From Clostridia bacterium (GTDB taxonomy: Bacteria; Bacillota; Clostridia; Oscillospirales; CAG-272), in the NCBI GenBank assembly GCA_017461475.1, contig JAFTXX010000014.1:20779-84778 (forward strand): 64,000 nt of DNA, written 5' to 3'. Below the pieces are notes generated by a model. It saw only the letters and a list, made by a program, of their open reading frames with translations. It was not told where the DNA came from and made no database searches. A program made the position numbers and the translations under genes. This document shows positions 1 through 9,808 of this stretch, in pieces (position 1 is the stretch's first letter; every line of letters starts with the position of its first letter).

Positions 1-2
1 AA

Positions 3-1178
3 ATGACTGAAGAAACGGATAATTATCCGCAAGAGGAGAGTAAGCATGGCGATATATTCAGGCTTATTTGTGGATTTGTTGTCGTTTTTTCGCTGTTTGC
101 GGCGGTCGTACTGACCTGCTTTGCCTTTGCGGTAGCTACAAAATATTCGGACGGCGGCGAGGTAATAGACGCAGATGCCGATATTTATACGGAAAGTGAG
201 GGGGAGAATGGAAAGGTTATTTTTATCCGACCGCTTGAAGATGGAAGCGGTATTCTGAGTGCACCCGAAATATATGAAAACGGAGTGCGGAGCGCCGTTT
301 CTGTATCCGTAAGGCTTTCGTCAGAGGCAGGCGGAGGAGAGGGTATCGGCTCGGGATTTGTTATCACGGACGACGGATATATAGCCACAGCCGCCCACGT
401 TGTAAGCGGCGCTGAGAAAATATCGGTGATACTCTCGGACAAAAGCGAATACGAGGCTGAATTGATAACTGAGGACGGAATGTCGGACATCGCGCTTTTG
501 AAAATAGATGCAAAAGGGCTTTCGCCCGTCGAGTTCGGCTCGTCCTCTGAGATCCTTGCTGGCGAGAAGGTCTACGCTATCGGAACGCCCGCGTCGCTTG
601 AATATTCGGGAACACTGAGCTCGGGCGAGGTTTCCTGCCCTCTGCGCGTAGTATCTGTGTACAAGGAAAATTCCACGAGTGTCGAAAAGCGAATGAAGCT
701 CATACAGATAAACGCCGAGGTCAATAAGGGAAATTCGGGCTGTCCGCTTTTTGACGAATACGGAAGAGTGGTCGGAATGGTTACGATGAAGCTCGGAGAC
801 GGATATGAGGGAATAGCCTTTGCGCTTCCCTCGGACGGACTCTGCGAGGTGCTTGACGCCATGGCGGAGGGCAGAGAGCTGAATAGCGCGATACTGTCGG
901 GAGTGGTTATTTCTCCCGCAAGGCTCGGCATAACGGGAGAGTCTGCCGAAGTTGGCGGCGTGTACGGCTACCGCGTAAACGGATTTACGGACAACGGCTC
1001 TACGGCGGTCTCCTCGCTGAAGAGTGGAGACCTCATCGTCGAGATCGACAAAAGAATAATAACAAAAGCCTCGGATATAACCGAAGCGACGGAAAAAAAG
1101 TCCCCGGGCGATACGGCACGCGTTACCGTTCTCCGATCGGGACAAAGACTTACCTTTAATATCGTGCTCGGAAGTTGA
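3..1178 (+). CDS. HtrA/DegP-family trypsin-like serine protease with PDZ domain
   Basis: N-terminal TM helix; GSGF..TAAHV, DIALLK and GNSGCPL catalytic motifs; C-terminal PDZ-like region. Confidence 0.92.
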   Translation: MTEETDNYPQEESKHGDIFRLICGFVVVFSLFAAVVLTCFAFAVATKYSDGGEVIDADADIYTESEGENGKVIFIRPLEDGSGILSAPEIYENGVRSAVSVSVRLSSEAGGGEGIGSGFVITDDGYIATAAHVVSGAEKISVILSDKSEYEAELITEDGMSDIALLKIDAKGLSPVEFGSSSEILAGEKVYAIGTPASLEYSGTLSSGEVSCPLRVVSVYKENSTSVEKRMKLIQINAEVNKGNSGCPLFDEYGRVVGMVTMKLGDGYEGIAFALPSDGLCEVLDAMAEGRELNSAILSGVVISPARLGITGESAEVGGVYGYRVNGFTDNGSTAVSSLKSGDLIVEIDKRIITKASDITEATEKKSPGDTARVTVLRSGQRLTFNIVLGS

Positions 1179-1362
1179 TATGGTAATATGTTTTTTAAAT
1201 TGTAGTTTATCTTTTTCGCCAACGGCGAAAAAGATAAACTCTAATTTGTAATACGACAGCAGATATATTTCTCCTGCTGCGCTGATCAGAAAAGCATTGA
1301 CTTTATCAATCTATAGTGGTATAATGGTAAAAAGACTGAATTTTATTTGGAGGAATAGCAAT

Positions 1363-1965
1363 ATGAAGATCTCACACGTGACCGAAGAACAGCTTTTAAG
1401 TATGACTCCCGAACAGAAATGGGAGCTTGTATGCGGTAAAATCCGTGACGAGGGAAAAAGCGCGGACTTTGCGCTCCTGCTCGGAAGCAAGCCGAGCTAT
1501 TCTGCGGCGCGTGCCCGTTCCGCGGCAAAGCTGTATAATGACGGACGGGTAAAATACATAGTTCCGAGCGGAGGCGTAAAATGGGAGTCTGACGGAGAAA
1601 GCTTGACCGAGGCTGAGTTTATGAAGCGGATATTGGTATCCAACGGTGTTCCCGAAGAAGCCATAATTATGGAAAACGAGGCAACGACTACCAAGGAAAA
1701 TATGATATGCGGTACTTTGCAGATAAACCGAAAGAACAGATTTGCAGATAAGAATGTGATGATAGTTACATCGGTAAATCATATGCAGCGCAGTCTCGCG
1801 CTTGCTAAGACCTTTTTGCCGAATATGGTCAATATCTCTTATTATCCGTCACAGCCCGATATTCCGTATGAGACCTGCATGGCTGATCCTTCCTCTCTCG
1901 ACCGCGCGATACACCTGACAAAAGGCTTGGTCGATAACGGTATTATCGAAGATTTTGAGATATGA
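1363..1965 (+). CDS. YdcF/ElyC (DUF218) family protein
   Basis: LLLG, SGG, E..ATTTKEN and VTSVNHMQR motifs; start moved to the ATG after the GGAGG RBS. Confidence 0.85.
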   Translation: MKISHVTEEQLLSMTPEQKWELVCGKIRDEGKSADFALLLGSKPSYSAARARSAAKLYNDGRVKYIVPSGGVKWESDGESLTEAEFMKRILVSNGVPEEAIIMENEATTTKENMICGTLQINRKNRFADKNVMIVTSVNHMQRSLALAKTFLPNMVNISYYPSQPDIPYETCMADPSSLDRAIHLTKGLVDNGIIEDFEI

Positions 1966-2118
1966 CTGCCGCCGATGAATGACGGTGCCCTGACTTTTAA
2001 AACTTTTTAAGAAAAAAGTGAAAATCTATTGCAAAATACAGACAAATATAGTATAATAGTATATTATACTGTATCTGTCTGTTTTTTTGTTTAGGCAGAA
2101 TGTTGAAAGGAGAAGGTC

Positions 2119-2832
2119 GTGGAATACACTACACTTACAATGGCGGATCTTACCGTTGGGGACGTGCTGTTACGCCTCTTCGCGGCGGCGCTGTGCGGCG
2201 GACTCATAGGAATAGACCGCGGAAGAAAGCGCAGGGCGGCGGGCTTCCGTACATATATGCTCGTTTGTATGGGCGCGGCGCTTACAATGGTGCTGAGCTC
2301 GTATCTTTCGGTCATGATCGCAGATATTTGGGGGCTTGACGTAAATACCTTCAAGACCGACGTGTCGCGTTTCGGCGCGCAGGTCATCAACGGTATAGGC
2401 TTTATCGGCGCGGGAACGATACTTGTCACGGGACGTCAGCAGGTCAAGGGTATGACTACTGCGGCAGGTCTTTGGGCTTCCGCTTGTATGGGACTTTCGA
2501 TCGGCGCGGGCTTTTATGAGGCGGCTATCGTCGGATGTCTCTGCATAATAATCACCTTTGTTGTTTTCTCAAAGCTTGAGTCGTTTATCCTTTCACATTC
2601 GCGTAACGTCAACCTTTATGTTGAATTCGAGCATACCGACGACCTGTCGGAGATAGTAGAGAAGATAAAGGGACAGGATGTCCGTATATTTGACATTGAG
2701 CTCACCAAGGCAAAGGGCGAGGGCTATCCCAACGCCATATTTTCCTTGCAGCTCCCCAAGCGTAAATCACACACCTTCGTTATGACTGCGATTGCTGAGG
2801 TCGATAACGTAAGGACTATCGAAGAGATATAA
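2119..2832 (+). CDS. MgtC/SapB family membrane protein
   Basis: AGFRTY, AQVINGIGFIGAG and GMTTAAGLW motifs; C-terminal ACT-like domain. Confidence 0.92.
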   Translation: MEYTTLTMADLTVGDVLLRLFAAALCGGLIGIDRGRKRRAAGFRTYMLVCMGAALTMVLSSYLSVMIADIWGLDVNTFKTDVSRFGAQVINGIGFIGAGTILVTGRQQVKGMTTAAGLWASACMGLSIGAGFYEAAIVGCLCIIITFVVFSKLESFILSHSRNVNLYVEFEHTDDLSEIVEKIKGQDVRIFDIELTKAKGEGYPNAIFSLQLPKRKSHTFVMTAIAEVDNVRTIEEI

Positions 2833-2842
2833 GGAGGCGGCG

Positions 2843-3541
2843 ATGTTTGAATTTTTGAATTTTCTTCGCGAAGGCGAGCTCGGATGGCTGACTATCACCG
2901 TCCGTCTTGTGATTGCTATGCTTTGTGGCGGAGTTATCGGACTTGAACGTGAAAGAAAGCGCCGTCCTGCGGGCTTCCGTACGCATATACTTATCTGTCT
3001 CGGCGCGGCTATGACTACGCTTACGAGCCAGTATCTTGTACTTAATCTCGGTCTTTTCACCGATATGGCGCGTCTCGGCGCGCAGGTCATCGCGGGTATC
3101 GGCTTCATCGGCGCGGGTACTATCATTATCACAAAGCGCCGTCAGGTCAAGGGACTTACCACGGCGGCGGGACTCTGGGCGGCGGCTATCGTCGGACTTT
3201 GCTGCGGTGCGGGCTTCTTTGAGGGCGCTCTGCTTGCAACCGTCATTATTCTGCTTGCCGAGCTCGTTTTCTCTAAGCTTGAGTATTTTCTCGTTTCAAA
3301 TGCGCGAGTCTGCAACCTTTACGTTGAGTATGCGGATAGCAGTAAGCTTGGAACGATAGTCGATACCATAAAGAAAACAGGCGCGTACATAGTAGATATG
3401 GAGATCACCAAAAAGAGCAGTGCAGAGAACAGAAATCCTTGCGCCGTGTTCTCAATACGTACGCCGCGAAAGATAACGCATCAGGCGATAATGACAATGC
3501 TTGCAAAGCTCGACGGAATAGTTTCGGTCGAGGAGCTCTGA
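2843..3541 (+). CDS. MgtC/SapB family membrane protein (tandem paralogue)
   Basis: PAGFRTH, AQVIAGIGFIGAG and GLTTAAGLW motifs. Confidence 0.92.
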   Translation: MFEFLNFLREGELGWLTITVRLVIAMLCGGVIGLERERKRRPAGFRTHILICLGAAMTTLTSQYLVLNLGLFTDMARLGAQVIAGIGFIGAGTIIITKRRQVKGLTTAAGLWAAAIVGLCCGAGFFEGALLATVIILLAELVFSKLEYFLVSNARVCNLYVEYADSSKLGTIVDTIKKTGAYIVDMEITKKSSAENRNPCAVFSIRTPRKITHQAIMTMLAKLDGIVSVEEL

Positions 3542-3699
3542 ATATCGGCAAAAGCTCGGAAAAGTCCGGGCTTTTGTTATTTATTGGGCTAAAATTCAAA
3601 AAAAGACTTGAAGTTCGGGGCATATCGTGCTATAATAATACTATCTATGGAATGTTTTAAGCATTTTTATCTGAAATTTTATTATTGGAGGGTGTTAAA

Positions 3700-4983
3700 A
3701 TGAACACATCGGCACTTAAAGCGCATATCACATCGGGCGGTCTTGACGCGGTACTTACACATATCTACGGCAAGGACGCGATAGAGATGCAAAAGGCGCG
3801 CTACATAAAGGCGATAGACGAGTTTGCGGCTATATATGGCGCTGACCGTGAGACCACACTTTATTCTGTTGCGGGAAGAAGCGAGCTTTCGGGCAACCAT
3901 ACGGACCACAACTACGGATGTGTGGTAGCGGCATCCATTGACCTTGATATTATCGCGGTGGCTTCCAAGCGCGACGACAGCGTTATCCGCGTAAAGAGCG
4001 AGGGCTTCCCCGAGGACGTTGTGGACGTCTCGGTTTATACAGAGCCCGTTGCCGATAAGTTCGGCACGTCCGAGTCTATAATCGCGGGTATGTGCGCAGG
4101 CTTTAAGAAGGACGGCTATGCCGTTGGCGGCTTTGACGCATATACTACCTCAAATGTCCTCAAGGGCTCGGGACTTTCCTCGTCTGCCGCATTTGAGGAT
4201 ATGATAGGCAACATCGAGAGCCATATGTATAACGACGGTAAGGTAGACAATGTCGAGATAGCAAAGCTCGCACAGTATGCCGAGAACGTATTCTTCGGTA
4301 AGCCCTGCGGACTTATGGATCAGGTAGCCTGCGCTGTCGGAGGTATAGTTGCTATTGACTTTGCCGATCCCAAGGCTCCCGTTATCGACAAGGTGGATTT
4401 TGATATAACAGAGAAGGGCTATAACCTCTGCATCGTAAACACGGGCGGAAATCACGCCGACCTTACCGATGACTATGCATCCGTTCCCGCTGAGATGAAG
4501 GCTGTTGCGGCTCACTTCGGCGCTAAGGTGCTTCGTGAGGTAGACGAGAGCAAGTTCGTCGCAGAGATACCCGCGCTTCGCGAAAAGGTAGGCGATCGAG
4601 CAATCCTCCGCGCACTCCACTTCTTCAACGAGAACAAGAGAGTTGCAAAGCAGAAAGCGGCGCTCCTTTCGGGTGACCTTGACGGCTTCTTTACAGAGGT
4701 TATCGCGTCGGGAAGATCCTCCTTCTGCTACCTCCAGAACGTTTATACAAGCAAGAACCTTTCCGAGCAGGGACTTTCCTTGGCGCTTTGTCTTGCCGAG
4801 GGCTATCTTTCGGGTAAGAAGGCTGCGTGGAGAGTTCACGGCGGCGGATTTGCGGGAACTATTCAGGCGTTTGTACCTGCTACCGAGGTCGAAGGCTTCA
4901 GAGCGCTTATGGACGGAGTTTTCGGAGAGGGTAAGTGCATAGTTCTCCGCATTCGTCCCGAGGGCGCTGTAAAGATATTTTAA
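3700..4983 (+). CDS. galK: Galactokinase-family (GHMP) kinase
   Basis: GRSELSGNHTDHN, GSGLSSSAA, GKPCGLMDQ and HGGGFAG motifs. Confidence 0.85.
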   Translation: MNTSALKAHITSGGLDAVLTHIYGKDAIEMQKARYIKAIDEFAAIYGADRETTLYSVAGRSELSGNHTDHNYGCVVAASIDLDIIAVASKRDDSVIRVKSEGFPEDVVDVSVYTEPVADKFGTSESIIAGMCAGFKKDGYAVGGFDAYTTSNVLKGSGLSSSAAFEDMIGNIESHMYNDGKVDNVEIAKLAQYAENVFFGKPCGLMDQVACAVGGIVAIDFADPKAPVIDKVDFDITEKGYNLCIVNTGGNHADLTDDYASVPAEMKAVAAHFGAKVLREVDESKFVAEIPALREKVGDRAILRALHFFNENKRVAKQKAALLSGDLDGFFTEVIASGRSSFCYLQNVYTSKNLSEQGLSLALCLAEGYLSGKKAAWRVHGGGFAGTIQAFVPATEVEGFRALMDGVFGEGKCIVLRIRPEGAVKIF

Positions 4984-4995
4984 TTTGACGAGGTA

Positions 4996-5421
4996 ATGCG
5001 ACGGATGTCAAAAAATAATAAAGTCGTAAGAGCGGACAGCGAGGATAAGACGGTCAAAAAGGAAACTGTGCTTAAGCTTATTACCCTCATACTTATTACG
5101 GCAGGCGTTTTTGCCGTGTACCGCATAGCGATGGGATATACGTTTTTTGAATTCGTATTACCGACGTACTATATCGTCCTGACGGTTCTGATACTCGTGT
5201 ACATAATCTACAATCGCGGCTTTGCGAGAAAAAGGATCACGATGGATATGCTTCCTGCCGAATGGAGCTATGAGGAAAAAACAGAATTTATAGAGGACGG
5301 AAAAAGGCGGCTGAAAAGATCGCAGTGGATGCTTATGCTTATTATCGCGTTTGCGTTCACGTTAGCTTTTGAGCTGTTGGAGCTTTATGTGCTCCCGTGG
5401 CTCGAAAATCTTATACCTTAA
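4996..5421 (+). CDS. Hypothetical membrane protein (about 3 TM)
   Basis: Hydrophobic segments; co-oriented in an operon. Confidence 0.7.
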   Translation: MRRMSKNNKVVRADSEDKTVKKETVLKLITLILITAGVFAVYRIAMGYTFFEFVLPTYYIVLTVLILVYIIYNRGFARKRITMDMLPAEWSYEEKTEFIEDGKRRLKRSQWMLMLIIAFAFTLAFELLELYVLPWLENLIP

Positions 5422-5439
5422 AGGATAATTAAGGAACGA

Positions 5440-6285
5440 ATGAACGATTGCAGAATAGTTGCGCTGTACTCGGGTTCGGGCGGAAATTCTACTTATATCA
5501 GGATAGCCGATACGGCTATCCTGATAGACGCTGGAAAGAATGCCAAACGCCTTTGCGCGGCGCTCAAAGAGATAGGCTCGGATATTGATGAGATCCGAGC
5601 GATTTTTGTAACACACGACCATGCCGATCATACCTCGGCGTTGGAGGTGCTCTCAAAAAAACACGACATACCCATACATATCACCGAGCAGTCCGCGCGC
5701 GTCTTTGACCGCGTAGCTCCCGCACCGATACACCAAAGGCTTGTAAGACATACTCCCGTGTATTCGGTCGAGGTGGGAGACGTTACGGTAAGCTCTTTCG
5801 TAACTCCCCACGACAGCATGATGAGCGTGGGCTACCGCATCGAATTTTTCGACGGGGAAGAGAAGCGAGCCGTTGGCTTAGCGACCGACATCGGCTATGT
5901 GACCGACGATATAAAGGAAGGATTGCTCGGCTGTGAGGCGGTCGTGCTCGAATCGAACCACGACGTGCAGATGCTCAGATGCGGGCCATACCCCGACGTG
6001 CTGAAAAAGCGCATACTTTCAAACAGAGGACACCTTTCAAATAAAGACAGCGCCAGCCTTTCGTCCTATCTTGCGGCAAACGGAACAAGGGCGTTCCTGC
6101 TTGCGCATCTGAGCGAGGAAAATAACGAGCCGAGCCTCGCCTTTGAGGAGACCGAGAGGGCAATATGTGACTGCGGTGTGTCTATCGCAGTGGCTTGCCC
6201 CGATTGCCCCGTCGAGCTCAGAATTCCAACCAAGGAGGAAGCCGAGAATGATAGGCGTGAAGTTTATAACCCTTGGAACGCTTAA
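5440..6285 (+). CDS. MBL-fold metallo-hydrolase (YycJ/WalJ-like)
   Basis: SGSGGNS, THDHADH, ESNHD, GHLSN and LAHLSEENN motifs; adjacent to rlmH as is typical. Confidence 0.9.
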   Translation: MNDCRIVALYSGSGGNSTYIRIADTAILIDAGKNAKRLCAALKEIGSDIDEIRAIFVTHDHADHTSALEVLSKKHDIPIHITEQSARVFDRVAPAPIHQRLVRHTPVYSVEVGDVTVSSFVTPHDSMMSVGYRIEFFDGEEKRAVGLATDIGYVTDDIKEGLLGCEAVVLESNHDVQMLRCGPYPDVLKKRILSNRGHLSNKDSASLSSYLAANGTRAFLLAHLSEENNEPSLAFEETERAICDCGVSIAVACPDCPVELRIPTKEEAENDRREVYNPWNA

Positions 6286-6727
6286 AGAGAGCTATCTGCG
6301 AGAAGCGGCGGCTGAGTATGAGAAAAGGCTCGGAGCGTTTTGCAAAATACAGATAGTTCAGCTCAAGGAAGAAAAGCTTTCGGATAACCCGAGTGAGGGC
6401 GAGATAAGACAGACACTCGACAAAGAGGCGCAAAAAATAATAGCGGAGATCCCCCCGAGAGCCTATAAGATAGCTATGTGCGTCGAGGGAAAACAGCTCT
6501 CCTCGGAGGAGCTTGCCGATAAGCTCTCGGAAATATCCGAAAGATACGGAGACGTCTGCTTTATAATAGGTAGCTCGCACGGACTCTCGGATAGCGTCAA
6601 GAACGCCTGCGATATGAAGCTCTCGGTGTCAAAGCTGACCTTTCCGCATCAGTTGATGAGAGTGCTGCTGCTCGAAGCCGTGTACAGAGGATTTAATATA
6701 ATGAAAGGCACAAAATACCATAAATAA
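6248..6727 (+). CDS. rlmH: 23S rRNA (pseudouridine1915-N3)-methyltransferase
   Basis: FIIGSSHGL and LTFPHQLMRVLLLE..YR motifs, C-terminal KYHK. Confidence 0.95.
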   Translation: MIGVKFITLGTLKESYLREAAAEYEKRLGAFCKIQIVQLKEEKLSDNPSEGEIRQTLDKEAQKIIAEIPPRAYKIAMCVEGKQLSSEELADKLSEISERYGDVCFIIGSSHGLSDSVKNACDMKLSVSKLTFPHQLMRVLLLEAVYRGFNIMKGTKYHK

Positions 6728-6904
6728 GTGAAAAAATAACTATTTTTGACCTTGCAAAAAAGTCCGATTTTGTAAAATACGGAAAAATCGAAAAACATTA
6801 AAAAAAACTATTGCCGATTTTTAAATATTGTGATAGAATAATTAGTATAAAAGTACACCCGAAACACCAAAATTTATATGTACGGAATATACGGAGGAAA
6901 TTTT

Positions 6905-7906
6905 ATGGATAACAATAAACGTCCCGAAACAATGGAGCGTATAACCACAAAGGCGCTTGCAGACGCGTTTATAGACGAGCAGGTTGCAAAGGTACGCGAG
7001 CAGGTAGGAGACAAAAAGGTATTGCTGGCTCTCTCTGGCGGCGTTGACTCTTCTGTGGTAGCGGCGCTTCTTATAAAGGCTATCGGTAAGCAGCTCGTCT
7101 GTGTGCACGTTAATCACGGACTTATGCGTAAGAATGAGTCTGAAAATGTTATCGAGGTGTTCAAAGGTCAGCTTGACGCAAACCTGATCTACGTGGACGC
7201 CACCGACCGTTTCCTTAATCTTTTGGCAGGGGTATCCGATCCCGAGAGCAAGAGAAAGATAATCGGTAAGGAATTTATAGAGGTGTTTGCCGACGAGGCA
7301 AGAAAGCTTGCGGGCGTGGACTTTCTCGCACAGGGAACTATATATCCCGATATTCTCGAGAGCATCAAGCAGGCAGAGGGTAAGAAGGCAGTCAAGTCTC
7401 ACCATAACGTGGGAGGACTTCCCGAGGATCTCAAGTTTGAGCTTGTAGAGCCTATCAAGCTGCTGTTTAAGGATGAGGTGCGAGTTGTCGGTGAGGCGCT
7501 CGGACTTCCCCATAAGATGGTTTACCGTCAGCCTTTCCCCGGTCCCGGACTCGGAGTGCGTTGCTTGGGAGCTATCACACGCGACAGACTTCACGCGCTT
7601 CGTGAGGCAGATGCAATTCTTCGCGATGAGTTTGATAAAAACGGACTTGCTGAGAAGGTATGGCAGTATTTCGTTGTAGTGCCCGATATGAAGAGCGTGG
7701 GTGTTAAGGACGATAGCCGCTATGAGGGCTGGCCCGCGATCATCAGAGCCGTAAATACGAAGGACGCTATGACAGCTACCATCGAGGAGATCCCCTATTC
7801 CGTGCTTCACACGATTACTAATAGAATAACCTCCGAGGTAGAGGGCATCAATAGAGTTCTGCTCGACCTGACGCCTAAGCCTACGGGCACGATAGAGTGG
7901 GAATAA
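6905..7906 (+). CDS. guaA: GMP synthase ATP-pyrophosphatase/C-terminal subunit (no GATase domain)
   Basis: LSGGVDSS, QGTIYPD, KSHHNVGG, PFPGPGL and C-terminal TIEWE; only about 333 aa. Confidence 0.9.
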   Translation: MDNNKRPETMERITTKALADAFIDEQVAKVREQVGDKKVLLALSGGVDSSVVAALLIKAIGKQLVCVHVNHGLMRKNESENVIEVFKGQLDANLIYVDATDRFLNLLAGVSDPESKRKIIGKEFIEVFADEARKLAGVDFLAQGTIYPDILESIKQAEGKKAVKSHHNVGGLPEDLKFELVEPIKLLFKDEVRVVGEALGLPHKMVYRQPFPGPGLGVRCLGAITRDRLHALREADAILRDEFDKNGLAEKVWQYFVVVPDMKSVGVKDDSRYEGWPAIIRAVNTKDAMTATIEEIPYSVLHTITNRITSEVEGINRVLLDLTPKPTGTIEWE

Positions 7907-7915
7907 GATAATATA

Positions 7916-7959
7916 AGGACATCACAAAGGTTTTTGCCTTTGCGGTGTCCTTGTTTTTT
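7916..7959 (+). terminator. Intrinsic terminator after guaA
   Basis: aggacatcacaaagg..cctttgcggtgtcct stem followed by a T-tract. Confidence 0.75.
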
Positions 7960-7970
7960 GCAAAATTATT

Positions 7971-8037
7971 TTGTCAAATATACTTGACAACTGGTGTTGC
8001 TTATGATATAATCATCGCTGTCAAATATATTTGACAG
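7971..8037 (+). promoter_or_regulatory. Promoter with two palindromic operators (TGTCAA-N6-TTGACA) upstream of an XRE regulator
   Basis: ttgtcaaatatacttgacaa (7971-7990) and ctgtcaaatatatttgacag (8018-8037) flank a TTGACA..TATAAT promoter. Confidence 0.75.
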
Positions 8038-8046
8038 GAGGGCTTA

Positions 8047-8238
8047 ATGAACGAAAAGATGAAGCAAGCGCGAATTGAGAAAAATTTATCTCAAACCGAT
8101 CTTGCAAAGAAAATCGGAGTTTCACGGCAGACGATCAATATGATCGAAAACGGGGGATATAATCCAACCATAGAATTGTGCATTCGTATATGCAAAGAGC
8201 TTGGCGTTACGCTCAATGATTTATTTTGGAGGGAATGA
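8047..8238 (+). CDS. XRE-family HTH regulator
   Basis: SQTDLAKKIGVSRQTINMIENG HTH motif. Confidence 0.9.
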   Translation: MNEKMKQARIEKNLSQTDLAKKIGVSRQTINMIENGGYNPTIELCIRICKELGVTLNDLFWRE

Positions 8239-8239
8239 A

Positions 8240-9622
8240 ATGTTTTACGATGAAAGAATTGAAAAGGTGAGGGGAAAAATAACAAAAAGAGCTATTTTGA
8301 TAGCTTTTGTTGTCACATTTGTGCTTGCATAAATTCACTGTGCGAATTTATTGAGAAACGCACCGGATGTCAAGTATTATTGGTTTGCGCTTCCCGACAT
8401 AGCTATTTATTTTAGCACGATCATAGTTTTGATCATCGGACTTATTCGCCATATTATATATCGCAAGGACGAGCGAACCGAATTAGAGCAAGGTCGTTTT
8501 TACAGCAAAGCCGCTTCGGCGCTGATAAAAATAGCCTTAGGCGCTTTTGCGTTTGTTATGCCCATAGCATTATACATAGGCAGTACGACATTTGATTTTG
8601 CAGACGGTGGCTTTGATGACGTTATTTATATATTGCTTTTCATTGTTGGAATATATGTAGTTTACAGTTTCAGAAAGAATGATATTTATTTCAACTATTC
8701 CATTATGGATAGCGGCCGTTATTATAAAGGCGTTTTTAAAAATATAGGCAAGCTCTCACTTTATGCTTTAGGATTTCTTTGCGTATCTGTCGCCTCTTTT
8801 GTTGGAGTGGTAATAATAAAAGCTCCGGGCTCGGCTCTTGCCCTCAGAATTTTTTTACAAACCGTGGTATATTATATCGGCGCTTTAATAGAAACCGCGC
8901 TTCTGTATCTCCTTTATTCCTTCCTTGAAAAAAACAGCTACAATAACGAAAATTCAATATCCCAGTCCACCATCATATCATTGGGTATTACGATATTCAT
9001 ATATGCCGTTTATACTGCGAGCGTGATATTTGTAGACGCTCAGCCTATATCGCAGACAAGTGCAATGCAGATCGTTTCTATAATATCTACGCTTGACACC
9101 TATATCAAATTCGCGCTTCTTATTTTCCTTACCTATTTCGGATATGAATATCAAAGAGTACGTAAAAACAAGCTTCTTTCAGCCGCTTGTATTACTATAC
9201 TTTTGAGTGAAACGCTGTCGGTATTTATAGGTCAGATCTCAAGTAGCCTGATATTCGTATTTATGCCTGAAATACTGAGTAAAGACGCATACATCATCAA
9301 TGAGATCCTTTCTGCAATAAGCGTATCCATTGGCGATGCTTCAACTCTTGCAAATGTCGTGGGATTTGTGCTTATCATTTTTGCACTTGCGAAAGATAAG
9401 CTTATTCATAAGGCTCATCGCTTTGCAATAGGCGCTTTCGTCATCTTCAGCGGCGTTGAACTCTTTTTGCGTACACAGGTAGATGTCTTGTCCGTCAATA
9501 TCTATCATTTTCTAGTGGAAATAGCCGTGCTTTGCTATTTTGCCATGCTTGTAGCTTGTGTAGCTAAGAGGATAAAAAAGAATTACGGTAAAGTTACTTG
9601 TTTTATTACAAATCTCTTGTAA
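8240..9622 (+). pseudogene. Multi-pass membrane protein interrupted by an in-frame TAA at 8330-8332
   Basis: ATG at 8240 (MFYDERIEK...) is in frame with the 8351-9622 ORF, with a single stop at codon 31. Confidence 0.6.
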
Positions 9623-9808
9623 TTTTTCTGTTTTTATGGTATAATATGTCGAATGGTAAAATGATATTCTATAGATAGTATCCACGATACCAAGACCTTT
9701 GTGGCTTGAAATCAAAGTATTTCAAGCCACCTTTTGCAAAATATTCCAATGAAGAACTTTTGCAAAAAATGAGACAAAACAAACCGACTAATCGAAGGAG
9801 ATCAGTAA

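Noticed and set aside
9650-9800. Canonical purine riboswitch upstream of the NCS2 permease
   Set aside because: The conserved core (UAUAAU..GG..GUUUCUAC..CCGUAAA) is not found.
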